Shown: positions 43,488 to 59,017, counted from the first letter of the stretch. The stretch is DNA of 64,000 bases from Octopus vulgaris (GCA_951406725.2 OX597820.1:41416001-41480000), one strand, 5' to 3'. Notes: a model not told the origin generated them from the sequence alone. Numbers and translations: made by a program.

Positions 43488-43673
43488 CCGCGTGTGTACC
43501 GTTGGCGATTTTTTTCCTCCGTCTTCCCTTCTCTGGATCTTTTCCTTTGTTTCTGACGAAGAGCTCCGCTCGAAACGTTAAATCCCCCTTCTTCCCTTCC
43601 TTCCTGAGCGTCCAATAATGCTATATTTGTTCCACGTCCTCGCGTTGTTGTGTTTTCATGTTTGGATTAACTA
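43488..43673 (+). mobile_element. Short ORF-less element (family H-related) between (TA)n tracts, with hammerhead-like motif at 43549-43583
   Basis: GTTT CTGACGA A GAGC-TCC-GCTC GAAACGTT AAAT; (TA)n at both ends. Confidence 0.65.
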
Positions 43674-43681
43674 TAAATATA

Positions 43682-43742
<61 letters not shown>

Positions 43743-44689
43743 TGTGTGTATGCGTGCGCCTGTGTGTTCTTGTATATGAGGATCAGCACCTCTTTCAAAC
43801 ATATGCTAAAACATTAATAAAAGATATCCGCTAAATGTTTTGAAATTTATAGATCTTGTTTTCGTTTATATTTTCAACAACAAAACTGTAATACTACAGT
43901 TTTATAAAAAAATAAATAAACAAATAAAAGTATATGCTTGTTATTTTCAACATTCACTCACGTGATATATTTTAGGTTCCTGTGTTTGTCTTCGTTTTCC
44001 TAGTCTGAATGTATAGTGGTCTTTGTTTTCGGCTTGGCGTTGTCTGACATCAAACACTGCATGACCAGTTGACTTAAAAAGTCATTGGTGAGGCTATTAC
44101 TTTTATAACCCACAAATGTCACGATTTGCCATTTGCCTGTCTATTGAAGTCAGAATGTTTTTGAATCAGTACAGCCGCCACAATCTTCCTGTGCTTCGTT
44201 CTATAGCTTGGCGGAAAATATTGCTAATATTTTTTTTTCAATGCTTCTCTATCAAGAATTTTGTTGTGTATTTGTGAAAAATACATGTAAGATGCCCCAG
44301 TACTGAGATGCATTATTAGTTGCCTCATGAAACATCACACGTTTAACACAATGCAGGACATACATTATAATGTTATCTATCACATGGCATTTTTTTTCTG
44401 TACTTGTTTCAGTCATTTGACTGCGGCCATGCTGGAGCACCGCCTTTTAGAGTGGTGAAAGAGTACAGCAGGGATCACCTCCTCCTGCCGGAGCCTCGTG
44501 GAGCTTTTAGGTGTTTTCGCTCAATAAACACACACAACGCCCGGTCTGGGAATCGAAACCGCATGTGCAATCATATACTACATCAGATACCATTTGTTAC
44601 AACGACACATATTGAGATGCTTGTACCGTCTATTCTTATTCATATAGAGTTGCATGTGGGACGTACATTTATTGTTCTATATTTTTTAT

Positions 44690-45460
44690 TCTATTTCTTT
44701 CACTTGTTTCAGTCACATGACTGCAGTCATGCTGGGGCACCGCCTCGAAGGGACTTTTTTTTAAAGCCTGGTACTTATTCTATAGGCACAGCAATGGCTG
44801 TGTGGTAAGTAGCATGCTTACCAACCACTTGGCTCCGGGTTCAGTCCCACAGCGTGGTATCTTGGGCAAGTGTCTTCTACTATAGCCTCAAGCCGACCAA
44901 AGCTTTGTGAGTGGATTTAGTAGACGGAAACTCAAAGAAACCCGTTGTATATATATGTGTATGTGTGTGTGTGTGTGTATGTTTGTGTGTCTGTGTTTGT
45001 CCCCCTAGCATTGCTTGACAAACGATGCAGGTGTGTTTATGTCCCCGTCAGTTAGCGGTTCAGCAAAAGAGACCGATAGAATAAGTACTGGGCTTACAAA
45101 TAATAAATCCTAGGGTCGATTTGCTCGACTAAAGGCGGTGCTCCAGCATAGCTGCAGTCAAATGTCTGACAAGTAAAAGAGTAAAAGAGAGTATTCTATC
45201 ACATTCTTTTGCCGAAACGCTAATTTTCGGGGACGTAAACACACCAACACCAGTTGTCAAGCGGTGGGTGGGGAGACAAACATAGACATAAAGACACACT
45301 CAAACACTGATATACACATATATAGGTCGGGCTTCTTTCAACATCCGTCTACCAAATCCGAAGATATAGCGGAAGATACTTGTCTAAGGCGCCACGCAGT
45401 GGGACCGTACTGGGAACCATGCGATTGAGAAGCAAGCTTCTTACCACATAGCTACCCCTC
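44690..45460 (-). mobile_element. Older family D SINE interrupted by a younger + strand copy
   Basis: 44690-44783 and 45200-45460 join into one minus-strand copy at ...GTACTTATTCTAT|C...TTTTGCCGAA. Confidence 0.7.
44784..45191 (+). mobile_element. Full-length tRNA-derived SINE (family D) with 8-bp TSD
   Basis: Head TGGCTGTGTGGTAAG...GGGTTCAGTCCC, internal (TG)n, tail GTAAAAGAGTAAAAGA; TSD TATTCTAT at 44776-44783 and 45192-45199. Confidence 0.85.
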
Positions 45461-46487
45461 GTCTACATATGTTGGTGAAATTCTAACAAAAGATACAGTA
45501 CCATCGTTTTGAGATGCTTTAGTGGTAGTTTATCACCATAGTCTCCGATTAGTAATTAGCCAACATTATTTTCGTTGTCCTTGCCTGATGGTTTCTAAAT
45601 TTTTAACCAATAAGATCGACCGGAAAGGCCACTTCCTCATACCATAAACACTTTTAAAGAAAACAAACTAAAATAGCATTGTTTTCTCCCCTTGTCAATT
45701 ATTCACGTGATTAAACCTACTCCTTTTTTCTATTGGTTACTTCCCAAAGTACCCACTGTCTCATTGTCTCGGCAACAGCCCGTCTCAATTTTAGCTCTCT
45801 TCTTGGCGACAGCAGTTCCTCTCACTCACTCACTCACCAACTGTCTCTCCACCCCTGTCTCTCCATCCGTTTCCCCTCTCTCCTCTCTCGCTCCCTCTCT
45901 CTCTTATTTCCTTACCACGATATATATATTTTCTCTCTCCACCTAGCAGCAGCGTACATTCCAATTGTCTTTCACATTAAATGCGATTCTCACTTCCTCA
46001 AACATCACACCTTCCCATTCCTCTCACATCACCTTTTCTTTTATTATTATTTTCCATTCATCTATCTGCTCACACACCCCATATACACACATTTAATTTT
46101 ATATATTATGATATGACTAAATCTATTTTCTGATTAGATTTGATGCAATTTACATTCTATTTGATTATTTTTTTCACAAAATAATTTCATCAGATTTCTT
46201 TGGTTACTCATAGTTTAAAGAGCAGAGAGATGTGCGCGCGCACACACATACGCACATAGACACGTACACACGTACAGACACACACACATACACACATGCA
46301 CATGCACAAATGCACGCACCCACACACACACATAATAGGCACAGACATTGCTACTTGGTTAGCAAGTTCGGTTTGACATGAATTTTCTGTCGTGTTCTCG
46401 TGTTGACCAATGCCAGTATTGGAATTTGGGAGGACCCAGTATAGGAGCCCATGTATATGTGTGTGTACGTACACATACATATATGTT

Positions 46488-46535
<48 letters not shown>

Positions 46536-46599
46536 GGCGTGGCTCTGTGTGTATCTGTGTTTGTTCCCCCCCACACACACACAACAATCTCTTATAGAT

Positions 46600-46920
<321 letters not shown>

Positions 46921-47079
46921 CAAAATGGGACAAGAACGCAAAACATCCGGACAGCTAAGTGTTACAAAAGTGGGACAGCAAACTATCCAGATAGATGATA
47001 CAAAGAAAACAAGGACGGGTCATTCGAGGTTTTCTTTCCTCAGTCAAGCACCAGATTATCCTCGCAATTTCGGCTGATT

Positions 47080-47350
47080 AGGACGATGCATGACCTAGTC
47101 CATAGGGTGGTGCGATCGTTAGCTCGTGGTTTCAATTCCTGATAATGCGTTGTGTTCTTGAGCAATAACACATTATCTCACGTTACTCTGCGACCACTTC
47201 GGCCCCTGATGCGTGGTACATCGTGCCACTGTTCAGGCCACGTCGATTTGATGGGGTGGCGAGTGAGCTAATGTATGGTACATACAATTGATCCCTATAA
47301 GCAAATCACTTGAGCAGGTCGTTCGGCAAAAGCTGAACACTCATACGTCG
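47080..47350 (+). mobile_element. tRNA-derived SINE (family C)
   Basis: Similar to 22817 and 27722 copies. Confidence 0.7.
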
Positions 47351-48228
47351 TGTGTGTGTGTGAGTGCGTGTGCGTATTTGCGTTTGTGTATATAATGATT
47401 TAGTTTTACAAGATTGTATTTAAGAGAATACAAAAGAGAAAAAAAAGACATGTAGCTATTTTATAGGCAGCAGATAAATTATTATGTAACATTCTATCTT
47501 TTTTTATTCTCCATATTCTTCTTCTAATCACTTTGTCATGTCTCTTATTATTTGTCCTTCCATCTCGTGACTCAAAGATATTATATATATATGCTCTCTT
47601 TTACTCTTCTGACTTAAGCCTTTACTTTCTCTAAAAGGAAAAACAAACACTCTTTCTACTCACTTCTTGACTATTTAACAATTACTTTCGCTCTGCCTCT
47701 GTGCTTTTATAGATTTGTCTTCCTGCCTGCCTGTCTGTCTATTCGGTTTGTCTGATAATCTGTCCGCCTGATTGTCTGTCTATCTGTCTGTCCCTCTGTA
47801 CGTCTGTATGTCTGTCTGACCGCTGAAGTATTCTTGATATCGTTCCGTCAAGTCGATAAAGGAAAGCAGTCAATCAGGTGTACACGACAGTGTAATAAAA
47901 GCAATTACGGTAATAATTTGCAATGCTTTCATGCTTTCAAGAGCAGAACACTCGGAACATTTGTCAATATTTCCCAATTTTGTCTCACAATTATGATTAT
48001 TATTATTATTATTATTGTTGTTGTTGCTGTTGTTGTTTTTGCTGCTTCGCTACTACTTTTGTTGTTGTCGTTGTTGGCAGCGATGTTGGTGATGCTGGTG
48101 ATGAAATAGATGTTGATGCTGGTGTCGTTGCTGCTGTTAATGGTACTGATGATGTTGTTTTTGTTGCTGTTGTTGTCGATGATGATGCTGACGATAGAGA
48201 AGTCGGTGTTCATTATTATTATTACTAA

Positions 48229-48405
<177 letters not shown>

Positions 48406-48761
48406 CATTATTATTATTATTATTATTATTAATGTGTTTGTTACTGTTGTTGATGCTGACGGCAATGGTGATACCGATGTTAATGGTAATAGTTTTGTCG
48501 ATGTTGTTGTTGATGGTGCTATTAGCGTCTGCGGTTGTTGACGTGTTTTCGCTGTTTTTCGACAACAGTAACATTGACACGAGCAACAAGAATAATTATT
48601 GCTATAAACGTAATAAGTTTCATCATCATCATCATCATCATCATCATTACTATTGTTGTTGTTCTTGCTGTTGTTATTAATTATAAAAGTGATAATTTTG
48701 TTTCATTCTGTTGTTAATGTAGTTAATGCAAGAAACAACAGGACAAGAATAATAACTACTG

Positions 48762-48840
<79 letters not shown>

Positions 48841-48847
48841 CACTACC

Positions 48848-49424
<577 letters not shown>

Positions 49425-49436
49425 AATAATAATAAT

Positions 49437-50060
49437 AATTTTGGCACAAGGCTAGAAATTTCGGGTGCGGGATTAAGTCGATTAAATTGATCCCAGTACT
49501 CGACTGGTACCGACGCTGAAAGGATGCAATGCAAAGTCCACCTTGGCGGAATTTGAACTCAGAACCTAAAGACGGGTGTATAGCCGCTAAGCATTCTGCC
49601 CGGCATGCTAACGACTCTAATAATAATTCTTTGTACTGTAGGCACAAGACCTGAAATTTTCGAGGAGGGGGATACATCGACCCCAGTGCATGATTGGCAC
49701 TTAATTTATCGACCCCGAAAGGAGGAAAAGCAAAGTCGACCTCAGCGGAATTTGAATTCAGAACGTGAAAAACGTATGAAATGCCGTTAAGCAATTTTCC
49801 CGCCGTGCTAACAATTGAACCAGCTCGCCGCCTGAAATACTGTCAGTAGCAATAATGATAATAATCCTTTCTACTAAAGGCACATGGGGGAGGGGTCTTG
49901 TCGATTATATCGAACCCAGAGTTCAACTGATACGTATTTCACCGACCCCGAGAGGACGAAAGGCAAAGTCGACCTCGGCTTTGTTAGAACTCAGAACGTA
50001 AAGACGGACGAAATGCTGCTAACTATTTTGCCCAACGTGCTAACAATTCTGCCAGCTCAA
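49437..50060 (-). mobile_element. Tandem cluster of three family E SINEs
   Basis: GCAAAGTC.ACCT...GAA.TCAGAAC repeated near 49531, 49730 and 49963. Confidence 0.7.
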
Positions 50061-50269
50061 TAACAATTGCTTTTATTCGCTACAAGGATGTTCGTTGAGG
50101 GAGCGGGGTATAACATTCCTTGCTGAATCAAAATATCAGTTTAACACAGAATTTGTACACAATCATATACAACTTATGATTTCCAAACTTGTTCCAGAAA
50201 TGATAATCGAAGACGAAATGCAACTCAGCAATATATACATATCTTAGAATGAAAGCAGTGGAGGTAGGG

Positions 50270-50461
50270 AGAAACACTGACACACATACATAGATATGTA
50301 TGACGGGCTTTTTTCAGGTTCCGTCTACTAAATCCACTCATACGGCTTGGGTCGGCGTGAGGCTATATAGTAAAAGACACTTGCCTAAGTTGCCACGCAG
50401 TTGGGCTGAAACCGGAACAATGTCGTTGGGAAACAAGACCTTACCGCATGGCCACGCCTGC
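50270..50461 (-). mobile_element. SINE family D, 5' half
   Basis: Reverse-complement similar to 44790-44950. Confidence 0.7.
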
Positions 50462-50589
50462 TTTTATTTATTTATATATATATATATGTACACATATAGA
50501 CACACATATATACATACGTACATATATGTAATGATACTCACCCCCAAATACGAAAATGCAGTATATATATATATATAAAGACGTGTGTG

Positions 50590-50644
<55 letters not shown>

Positions 50645-50715
50645 GATATATATACATATGTATGTATATGTATATATATATATATGTATATATATATATG
50701 TATGTATATACATGT

Positions 50716-51254
50716 GTGAGGTAACTTTCAAGTGCTACTGGTAGCATGTAACCCAGTACAACCTGTTGCATGGTCGGGTCATCGGCGACTAAACCGGCAA
50801 CCTCACCAAGCTTGCTTGGTGAGGAGGGTGTTTATTGGTCACCCTGCGGGATGAAAAGCAAAACCCGTCAAAGGGCGGAGGAACTCTTGAGAGTCAACGG
50901 CCATCCAATAAATGTCTTAAGACTGTATCATGCGCGGGACATAGAAATAATCGGACTGAATACCCGATTGCGCGGTTAAACCATTGGGAGTGAAGGACTC
51001 CTAGCCTTTGTTAGGGCATCCTTCTAGGAGAAAGTAACTCAGGTAACTGGGATAACTCCGACATAAAACCTGCGGCTCAGTGGTTACCGATGATTTTGAC
51101 TTGTTCTTCTTTTCGGATTATGGCTGCTGTTGCTTAGTGAGTGGGTTTGATTCAGTGCACAGCCTTTCCTCACTTTAAAAAAATCTTCTTTCACAGGCAT
51201 TGCACGATAACAACATTGATTAGGCTTACTCGATAACAAGGAGGCAGCCACCAT
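50716..51254 (+). mobile_element. GC-richer ORF-less retroposon with RTE-clade-like 5' UTR motif
   Basis: TTAGGGCATCCTTCTAGGAGAAAGTAACTC resembles an RTE 5'-UTR motif (recalled); several hairpins; followed by (CATA)n. Confidence 0.5.
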
Positions 51255-52417
51255 ATACATGCATACATACATACATACATACATACATACATACATGCAC
51301 ATATAGAAATATACAATCATATGTGTATTTATGCTTACACACATGGATACATAGATATGATCCTACTCATTCGTATGTGCATGTGCCTGCCCGTGTACGT
51401 TTGCGTACGCGCGTGTGTAATGTGTGTGTGTGTTTGCTATATGTGTGATTTTGCGTGTTTGAACCGGGCATTAGAAGACAGATCGATTGAAATGATGTTG
51501 AGAACACAGAAACATAGAAAAACAAAAAGATATCGTAATCACATGGGAGTTTAAAACTAACCTGTCAATAACTCATCTCAAAAAGTTCGATATGTAATGT
51601 TCTACTTGCAATCACTGCTTTTATCCACATAACTATATACGTGAATAATCCGCCGTGAATAATCATGTCTTCAAAAATGTGTATACTCAACATAACAGGT
51701 TTAGTTACAAGAATATTTATTTTGTTTATTTTAAATGGTAACTGGTGAAAAATGGCATCGTTTGTCTTCTGTTTCTTACAGGACGCTACCTGCTCTACTG
51801 CGTTTGCTAAATAGGAAGTGACAAAGTGGTGTCCGTGACTTGTCTCAGAATCTCGCAAATTTCTTTATTCGGACAGCACCGAGTTGTTTGGAATAGTGGT
51901 GGAAGGGGCTACTGAATCGCTGTTTATATCGGTAGCCGATATTCAAGGGTGAAAAACACACCTACAAACATTCACAAAAACACGCATATAGAGACACACA
52001 CATATAATGTAGGTATGCATATGTGTATGTAAGTTATGTAAGCAGGTATGTCAACAGCTACGTCTGTATGCCTGTAAATATATGTGTGTGTATGTATATA
52101 TATATGTATGTATATATATATATATATATGTATATGTGTGAGTGTATGTATGTATGTATGTATGCATGTATATGTATATGACACACTTTAGCACAATTTT
52201 AACTTGAAGTGTTGGTAGAAGACACTTGTCCAGAGTGATGCGTCTCTGAACAGAAAGTCCTAAGTGCATAGAGATGCATGCATCTGTTGTTTAAATATTT
52301 TGATTTGTTTCCACCCTCCTCACTACGCCAAATACTTTCAATCGAAATATCTACTTACTCTGTACGTATATTCTTCGAATTCGATTTAGTCAATAGAACT
52401 TAACTGGTGCGGCTTCT

Positions 52418-52830
52418 TTTTAATTTTGACAATAGGCTAGCAGTTTTAACGAAGGATTATATCGACACCAATTCTTGACTGGTCCTTTATTCTATTGACC
52501 TCGAAAAGAATTAAAGATAAAGTTGATCGCCGCAGGATTTGATCGCAGGACGTAAGAAGACGGAAAAAATGCCGCTAAGCATTTTGCCTGTCCTGTTATT
52601 AATATAAAGATGTTTTAAGGCGACGAGCTGGCAAAATCATTAACACGTCGGGTAAAATGCTTACCGGTATTTCGTCCGTCTTTATGTTCTGAGCTCAAAT
52701 TCCGCCGAGGCCGACTTTGCCTTTCATCCTTCGGAGTCGGTAAAATATGTACGAATTGAGCTCTGGGATCGATCTAATCGACTTACCCCCTCCCTGAAAT
52801 CACTGGCCTTGTACCAAATTTGAAACCAAT
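52418..52830. mobile_element. Two family E SINEs in head-to-head orientation (52418-52595 -, 52617-52830 +)
   Basis: ATGCCGCTAAGCATTTTGCC followed ~25 bp later by GGCGACGAGCTGGCAAAATC...GTAAAATGCTTACCGGTATTTCG. Confidence 0.65.
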
Positions 52831-53798
52831 ATAATAACGTTTTCTCTTTTGTCCTTCATTAGTATTATTGTAAATTTTACTATTGTAGTCCTATTGAAGT
52901 CAGCTATGTCATGACCACCCTGTCTCCTCTGACATGGCATACACCGGAATACATTAGCAAATACGTCGTTTTTTCTTTTAGCGTTCCTACCTGAGAATGT
53001 AAGATATAGACTATGCGAGGCTTGTCGGATGACCGTGCTGAAAGTTCGGTCAACCACTTGTTTTGTTTTTGCCACCTGTTTTTAATGCCTCATTTACGGA
53101 AAAAGAGCAGCAGTCACGACTGAGCCTCATGCGTGAATGCTAGCAAGAAAGGAAGAAGTTTTCCTTAGACCTAATGCTAATTTTCCTTAGACATAATGCT
53201 AATTTTTGGAACAGCTTGGACACCATAATGCTACCCAGAGTCCATATCATTATGTTGAACTATGTGAAAGTTGGAAAAAGTTATAACGAATGTCTACCTG
53301 TCGATGAACTGGCTATGTGTATCTTGTTGCTAATGTTTTATTGGTTCTGGAAAAAAAAAACCCAGACAACCGAACAAAATCTCTTAACTATCAGTAGTCT
53401 GCTCCAGGTATCCAAGTACATAATAGAAGAGACCGTTACAAATAGCAGAGTAAATTGAATTATAGTGGTGCATTAGCATGCCACGACGAGTACCAATCGT
53501 CTTATGAGAAAAGTATGTGTTAAATTGATATTTTAATCCTGCGATGAAGTGATTTCGTAAATGCATAGCTCCTTGGAGGCTGTGATATGCGCCCGCACTT
53601 CTTATAAAACAAGCTTGATTATTCTGAAATCCAGTTACCAAAATGAAAATTCCGTGAAGTGAAATATTTTTAAAATTCAACCCAGTAGACAAGTCATACC
53701 ACTTCTTCCCTGACTTTTAAAAAAACTATTTCCATTGTGGATAAATTATATTCATTCAACCTCCTCTCATATACAGCCATATACACAGTCCTTCTCCC

Positions 53799-53829
<31 letters not shown>

Positions 53830-54108
53830 CTCTCTCTCTCTCTCTTTCTCTCTTTCTCTCTTTCTCTCTCTCAAATTATTAATCTACATTGCCCTTTGTG
53901 TCACCGATATTATACATCTTTATTAACTATGATCTCTTAAAAAAATTTATTTCTCTGTATTAATCTCACTAAATATCGCTGCACGAATTCCTAGAGAATA
54001 TTATATTAAGCTACAGACCCACTCCTTACAATACACGTACGCATACACACACACACACACACACAGACACACACACTCATACACACACAAACGTACACAA
54101 GCACACAC

Positions 54109-54144
<36 letters not shown>

Positions 54145-54941
54145 ATACACACACAAACGTACACAAGCACACACACACACACGCACACACACGCACATAC
54201 ACACACTCATACACACACACACACACTCATACACACACAAACGTACACAAGCACACACATACACACATACAGTTTTATGAAATACCCGATGGTGTTTCAC
54301 TAAAAAAAAGAAAAAGAAAAAAAAACAACATACGAACTAGAATGAATTACATCACGGCTGAAGACAGTCACGACCTTAATTTTCTTGAAAGAATCATGAA
54401 GATAAAAAACAGGAAGTAAAATAGATTAGTATATCGATGTTTTTTACAAAAACGAAAAGATAAAAAGAAAGAAGTATCGATTATGTTACGAGTTGCGAGA
54501 CGTTTTAAGAATGTAAGTTAATATAAATGTTGTTGCAGCTGATGCCTGTGTTGTTTTGTTGTCAATGTTCTTTATCCCTAGATCAGCCATAATGAAGTAA
54601 ACCTATGCTCAAAGTCGTTCCAACCATAACTACCCTGTATTTTATTCAGATACACTCTAACCCTAACCCTTACACCCTTACACCCTTACTTCTCTAACCC
54701 TATGTATAATATTTTCAAAGACGATGAAGGTGTGTAATACAGTACGAGGAGATTTGGTTGCTATTTCTAGTAGACTGAGTTGGCTGCATGAAGGCGTGAC
54801 GTTGATTCGTTTCTCAAAGAAAATGATCGTGAATGAACAAGAAAAAAAAAACATAAACGAGAAAACGAACAAAAACAAAACAAAAGATTTCACCCTCGAA
54901 ATCAAAACCGAGTCAAGAACTACACTTAGAGAACTGGCTAC

Positions 54942-54979
<38 letters not shown>

Positions 54980-55459
54980 ATTAATAATGCATAATGCGAT
55001 ATTGTGAAGCTTGTGACTTTCCTAAAGGCATTAAGGGCATGTGAGCATTCAAATAGCTATAACAAAGCATCAAAATACAGTCCTAAGAGTTACTGTCTGT
55101 TGGTAAGGTTTCTGTCAGTTTTAACTTGTATTTTATATAAATACGGCCGAAGTGAAGCAGATACATATACAAGTATTAGACTCTTTTCTAAATAAAACTA
55201 TATTTTTCTATTTGGCTGTTTCATTAAATGGAAAGGAAGTGTTGTAAGGATCCGTTGGCCACTTCAGTTAGTGGGTTACAACATGAAGTTTAGAGCGGAA
55301 GTCCTTCAGATTATGTCGTGCTAAACCTTGTGAATTAAGGTCAGGACAGAACACAGATATTTTCAGAACTTCTTTTATTTCAAATTCTCTCACTTATTAA
55401 TGGTTATTCCTCAACATCTGTCGCACATATATTTTTTCTTCCCTATTCTAATCTCATCC

Positions 55460-55539
<80 letters not shown>

Positions 55540-55592
55540 CCTACCTACCTACCTACCTACCTACCCACCTACCTACTTACCTACCTACCTAC

Positions 55593-55644
<52 letters not shown>

Positions 55645-56840
55645 ATATCTATCTATCTATCTATCTGCCTGTCTGTCTAACTATCTATCAATCTGCCTGT
55701 CTCTCTAACTATACGCCCGTCTGTCAGTTTGTCCGTCTGTCAGTTTGTCAGTCCTCTGTCTGTCTAGTTCTCTCTGTCTATCTCCGAATTTTTCACTCTG
55801 TCAATCTGTACATTTGTTTGAGTGACTAACTATATGTTTACCAATTTTTGATGAGTTTAATGTTTCAATTTTCAACATACATATTCTATTTAATTACGAT
55901 AGTTCTTTTTATTCTATTTCTCATTAACATTTCTCTCTCTCGATATTTCTCTTCGCTTTATGTTACAACTATTGTAGACGTAATCACAGTTACTTCCCTT
56001 CGGGCTCATCTCGATCGACCAATACCCCTCTGCACGTCTGTCATTCTTCCCTCCATAAGCTGTTCCAGTCTAGATCCGCCATCTTGTCAATTTACTTATC
56101 GTTTTTGTATCCACTTTTAATTTGAACGGTCCGCGCGAAACCACTCGACGCATTATTTGTTTTGCTTTTGTTTTTTTTTTCAACGATGTTTGTTTTCTTG
56201 TTTGTTTTGCTATGTTTGATATTTTACCTTATTTATTTCCTATGTATTTGTTACTGTTATATTCTTTTTTATTCCTTAAACTCTATCAAAACATAAACCA
56301 CTTTCTGTTTACACACGTTCAACCCGCTCTATTCCCATTTTTTTACTCACTTCTCGTCGAGAACTCAACTTCAATAACCATCACCTCTCTACCACACTAC
56401 ACCACGCCACACAAACCATCCCACCCCACACACCACATCACATCACATACAAAAATTATCTCCCTTTCCTCTTCCACTCTTCTCTTTTACTTTGTAATTT
56501 ATATTTTTTCGTTCACCTTTATTTTGTATTTTGTTTCTTTTAACTCGTTTAATATCTCCCACAACCACCCTACCTCCAGCATCAATTGCCTCCTCTAGAG
56601 ATGTTCCCCCATCTACCTAACTCTCCTTTTATTCCTCTATAGTGTGTGTGCACGAGACTTCACGCATGCATATACATATACATATATATATGTGTGTGTG
56701 TGTATGTATGTATATATATATATATTACATATACATATATGTGTGTGTATATATATGTGTGAGCATCTATGCATATATATATATATATATATATATATTA
56801 CATATATATATGTGTGTGTATATATATATGTGAGCATCTA

Positions 56841-56882
<42 letters not shown>

Positions 56883-57487
56883 CATGCATACATACATACA
56901 TATATACATACATACATACATATAAAAACATTCATATATGCATGTATACGCAAATATGTAGTTATATAGACGTATATGTGCCTATGTATATATATATATA
57001 TAATTATATGTATTTGTTAGTATGTGTGCACGTCTGTATATGCGTGTATTTATGTGTTTTAATGTCTGTGTGTGTCTGCTATATCCTGAGATTGAATTCA
57101 TTTAACACGTCAGACCGTTTGGTCTGCTATAAAATAAATGTCCTCTCATTCCGTTCGTCGCCTGCATCTTCACCAACACACTAACACAGTTAATACCCTA
57201 CCCACAACACACACTCACACACACATACACACACATCTGCGCGCGCACACACGTACACACGTACACACAGACACCCCCGTTACAGCCGTCACCACTCTAA
57301 TGTCGTTTATACACCCACAACCATCGACCGCCGCCGTTGCTGTCCGCTGGTGGTTCACGGGACCGTGACGTACTGCAGACTGCACACGCCTTTTGAAATA
57401 GAAGTTTTGCTTGAATATGTGCTTCATATTGAACAAACAATTGTGTACAACACAGCAATGCTTTGTGTGTATATGAGCGTGATTGTG

Positions 57488-57521
<34 letters not shown>

Positions 57522-58194
57522 TGCATGAAAGAGAGATCGAACACACGTGTATGTGTGCGCGTATGAGTGTGTTTGCGCATGTGGTGCGTACTCATACATG
57601 TTTTTACGTGCATGTGTATTAAGCATATGACTGTGTCAGTATATGTGTGCCCCAGTGCGACAATTTGTATTTTCTTTTCCTTTTTTTACGTATTTATAGT
57701 TTCGTATAGAAATTGGCTTCTCTGTATGTAATATATATATATATATACGTATACATGGATCGATATGTGTGTGTGTGCGTGAGTGCGTGTGCGTGAGTTC
57801 GTGTGCGTGAGTGCGTGCGTGTGTGTATGTGTGTGTGTGCCTCTGTGTGTGTGTGTGTGTTGTACATCAGTTGCATCTCACAGTGACTTTGGATATGCTG
57901 AGTGAATATGTGACCGTGTAACTTTACACACACATACACACATGCGCGCGCGCACACACACGCACATGTATGCGTCTCTCTGTGTATATACATATGTATA
58001 CATTTACGCATGTACATACACTTATACACATATACACAGACACAAGAGATGACAGCATTTTGGAGAATGCATTCTTATGTATATGCACGCATGTATGGGA
58101 ATTTTGGAATACATGTATGTATATATATATATATAATATATACATACATATATCGGTACATATACACCCATATGTATATATGTATCTACATGTG

Positions 58195-58367
<173 letters not shown>

Positions 58368-58656
58368 AGAGAGAGAGAGGGACGTATATGTTCATGTCTA
58401 TATATACATGCAAACACGCACACACACACACACATCTTCATTTATGTATTATATGCACACACAAGCAAACATACATAACGCGTGAGGTTGGATACACGAG
58501 TATGTGTGTATTCGTATGCGTATATAAAGCGTCTGAGATCATATACGTATGACTTTTATATAAACAGCTGTGCGCATCTGTGTGTCTATTGAAACACTCA
58601 TGGGAAGCACGTTAGTACGTGTGTGAATATCAATTACAATCTATGCATAATGTGTT

Positions 58657-58692
<36 letters not shown>

Positions 58693-58972
58693 AATTTGTG
58701 GAGCGTACAAACCTAATACTATAAATTTACGTATGTGCGTATAAGTAGGTATGTGCATACATGTACGCGCGTATGTACGTGTATGTGTGAAGAATTCTCT
58801 TTTTTTTTTTACTTCAATAATATGTGTGCTTATGTGGGTCCCATTAAATCTGTCCATTTTCACCATATGTAAATAAGTCTGTGAGCATGCGTGGATGAAA
58901 CGATCTACCTTTTATGCAAGGCATAATTCCAGTCGTTGTTGCCATCTTCGTTATTGTTGTTGTTCTTATTGC

Positions 58973-59017
<45 letters not shown>

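Noticed and set aside
50845-50910. Twister-ribozyme-like words (CCCGTCAAAGGGCGGAGG)
   Set aside because: Could not build P2 and both pseudoknots by eye.
51760-51830. Strong plus-strand splice acceptor (TTCTGTTTCTTACAG)
   Set aside because: All three downstream frames stop within ~40 nt and there is no good donor.
52970-53010. Minus-strand CAG|GTAGGA (recursive-splice-like) overlapping a plus-strand 17-nt microexon-like pattern
   Set aside because: Such short motifs are expected by chance in 64 kb; no transcript evidence.
54657-54702. Telomere-like CTAACCCTAACCCT
   Set aside because: Only about two perfect units plus degenerate ones; too short to call an interstitial telomere.
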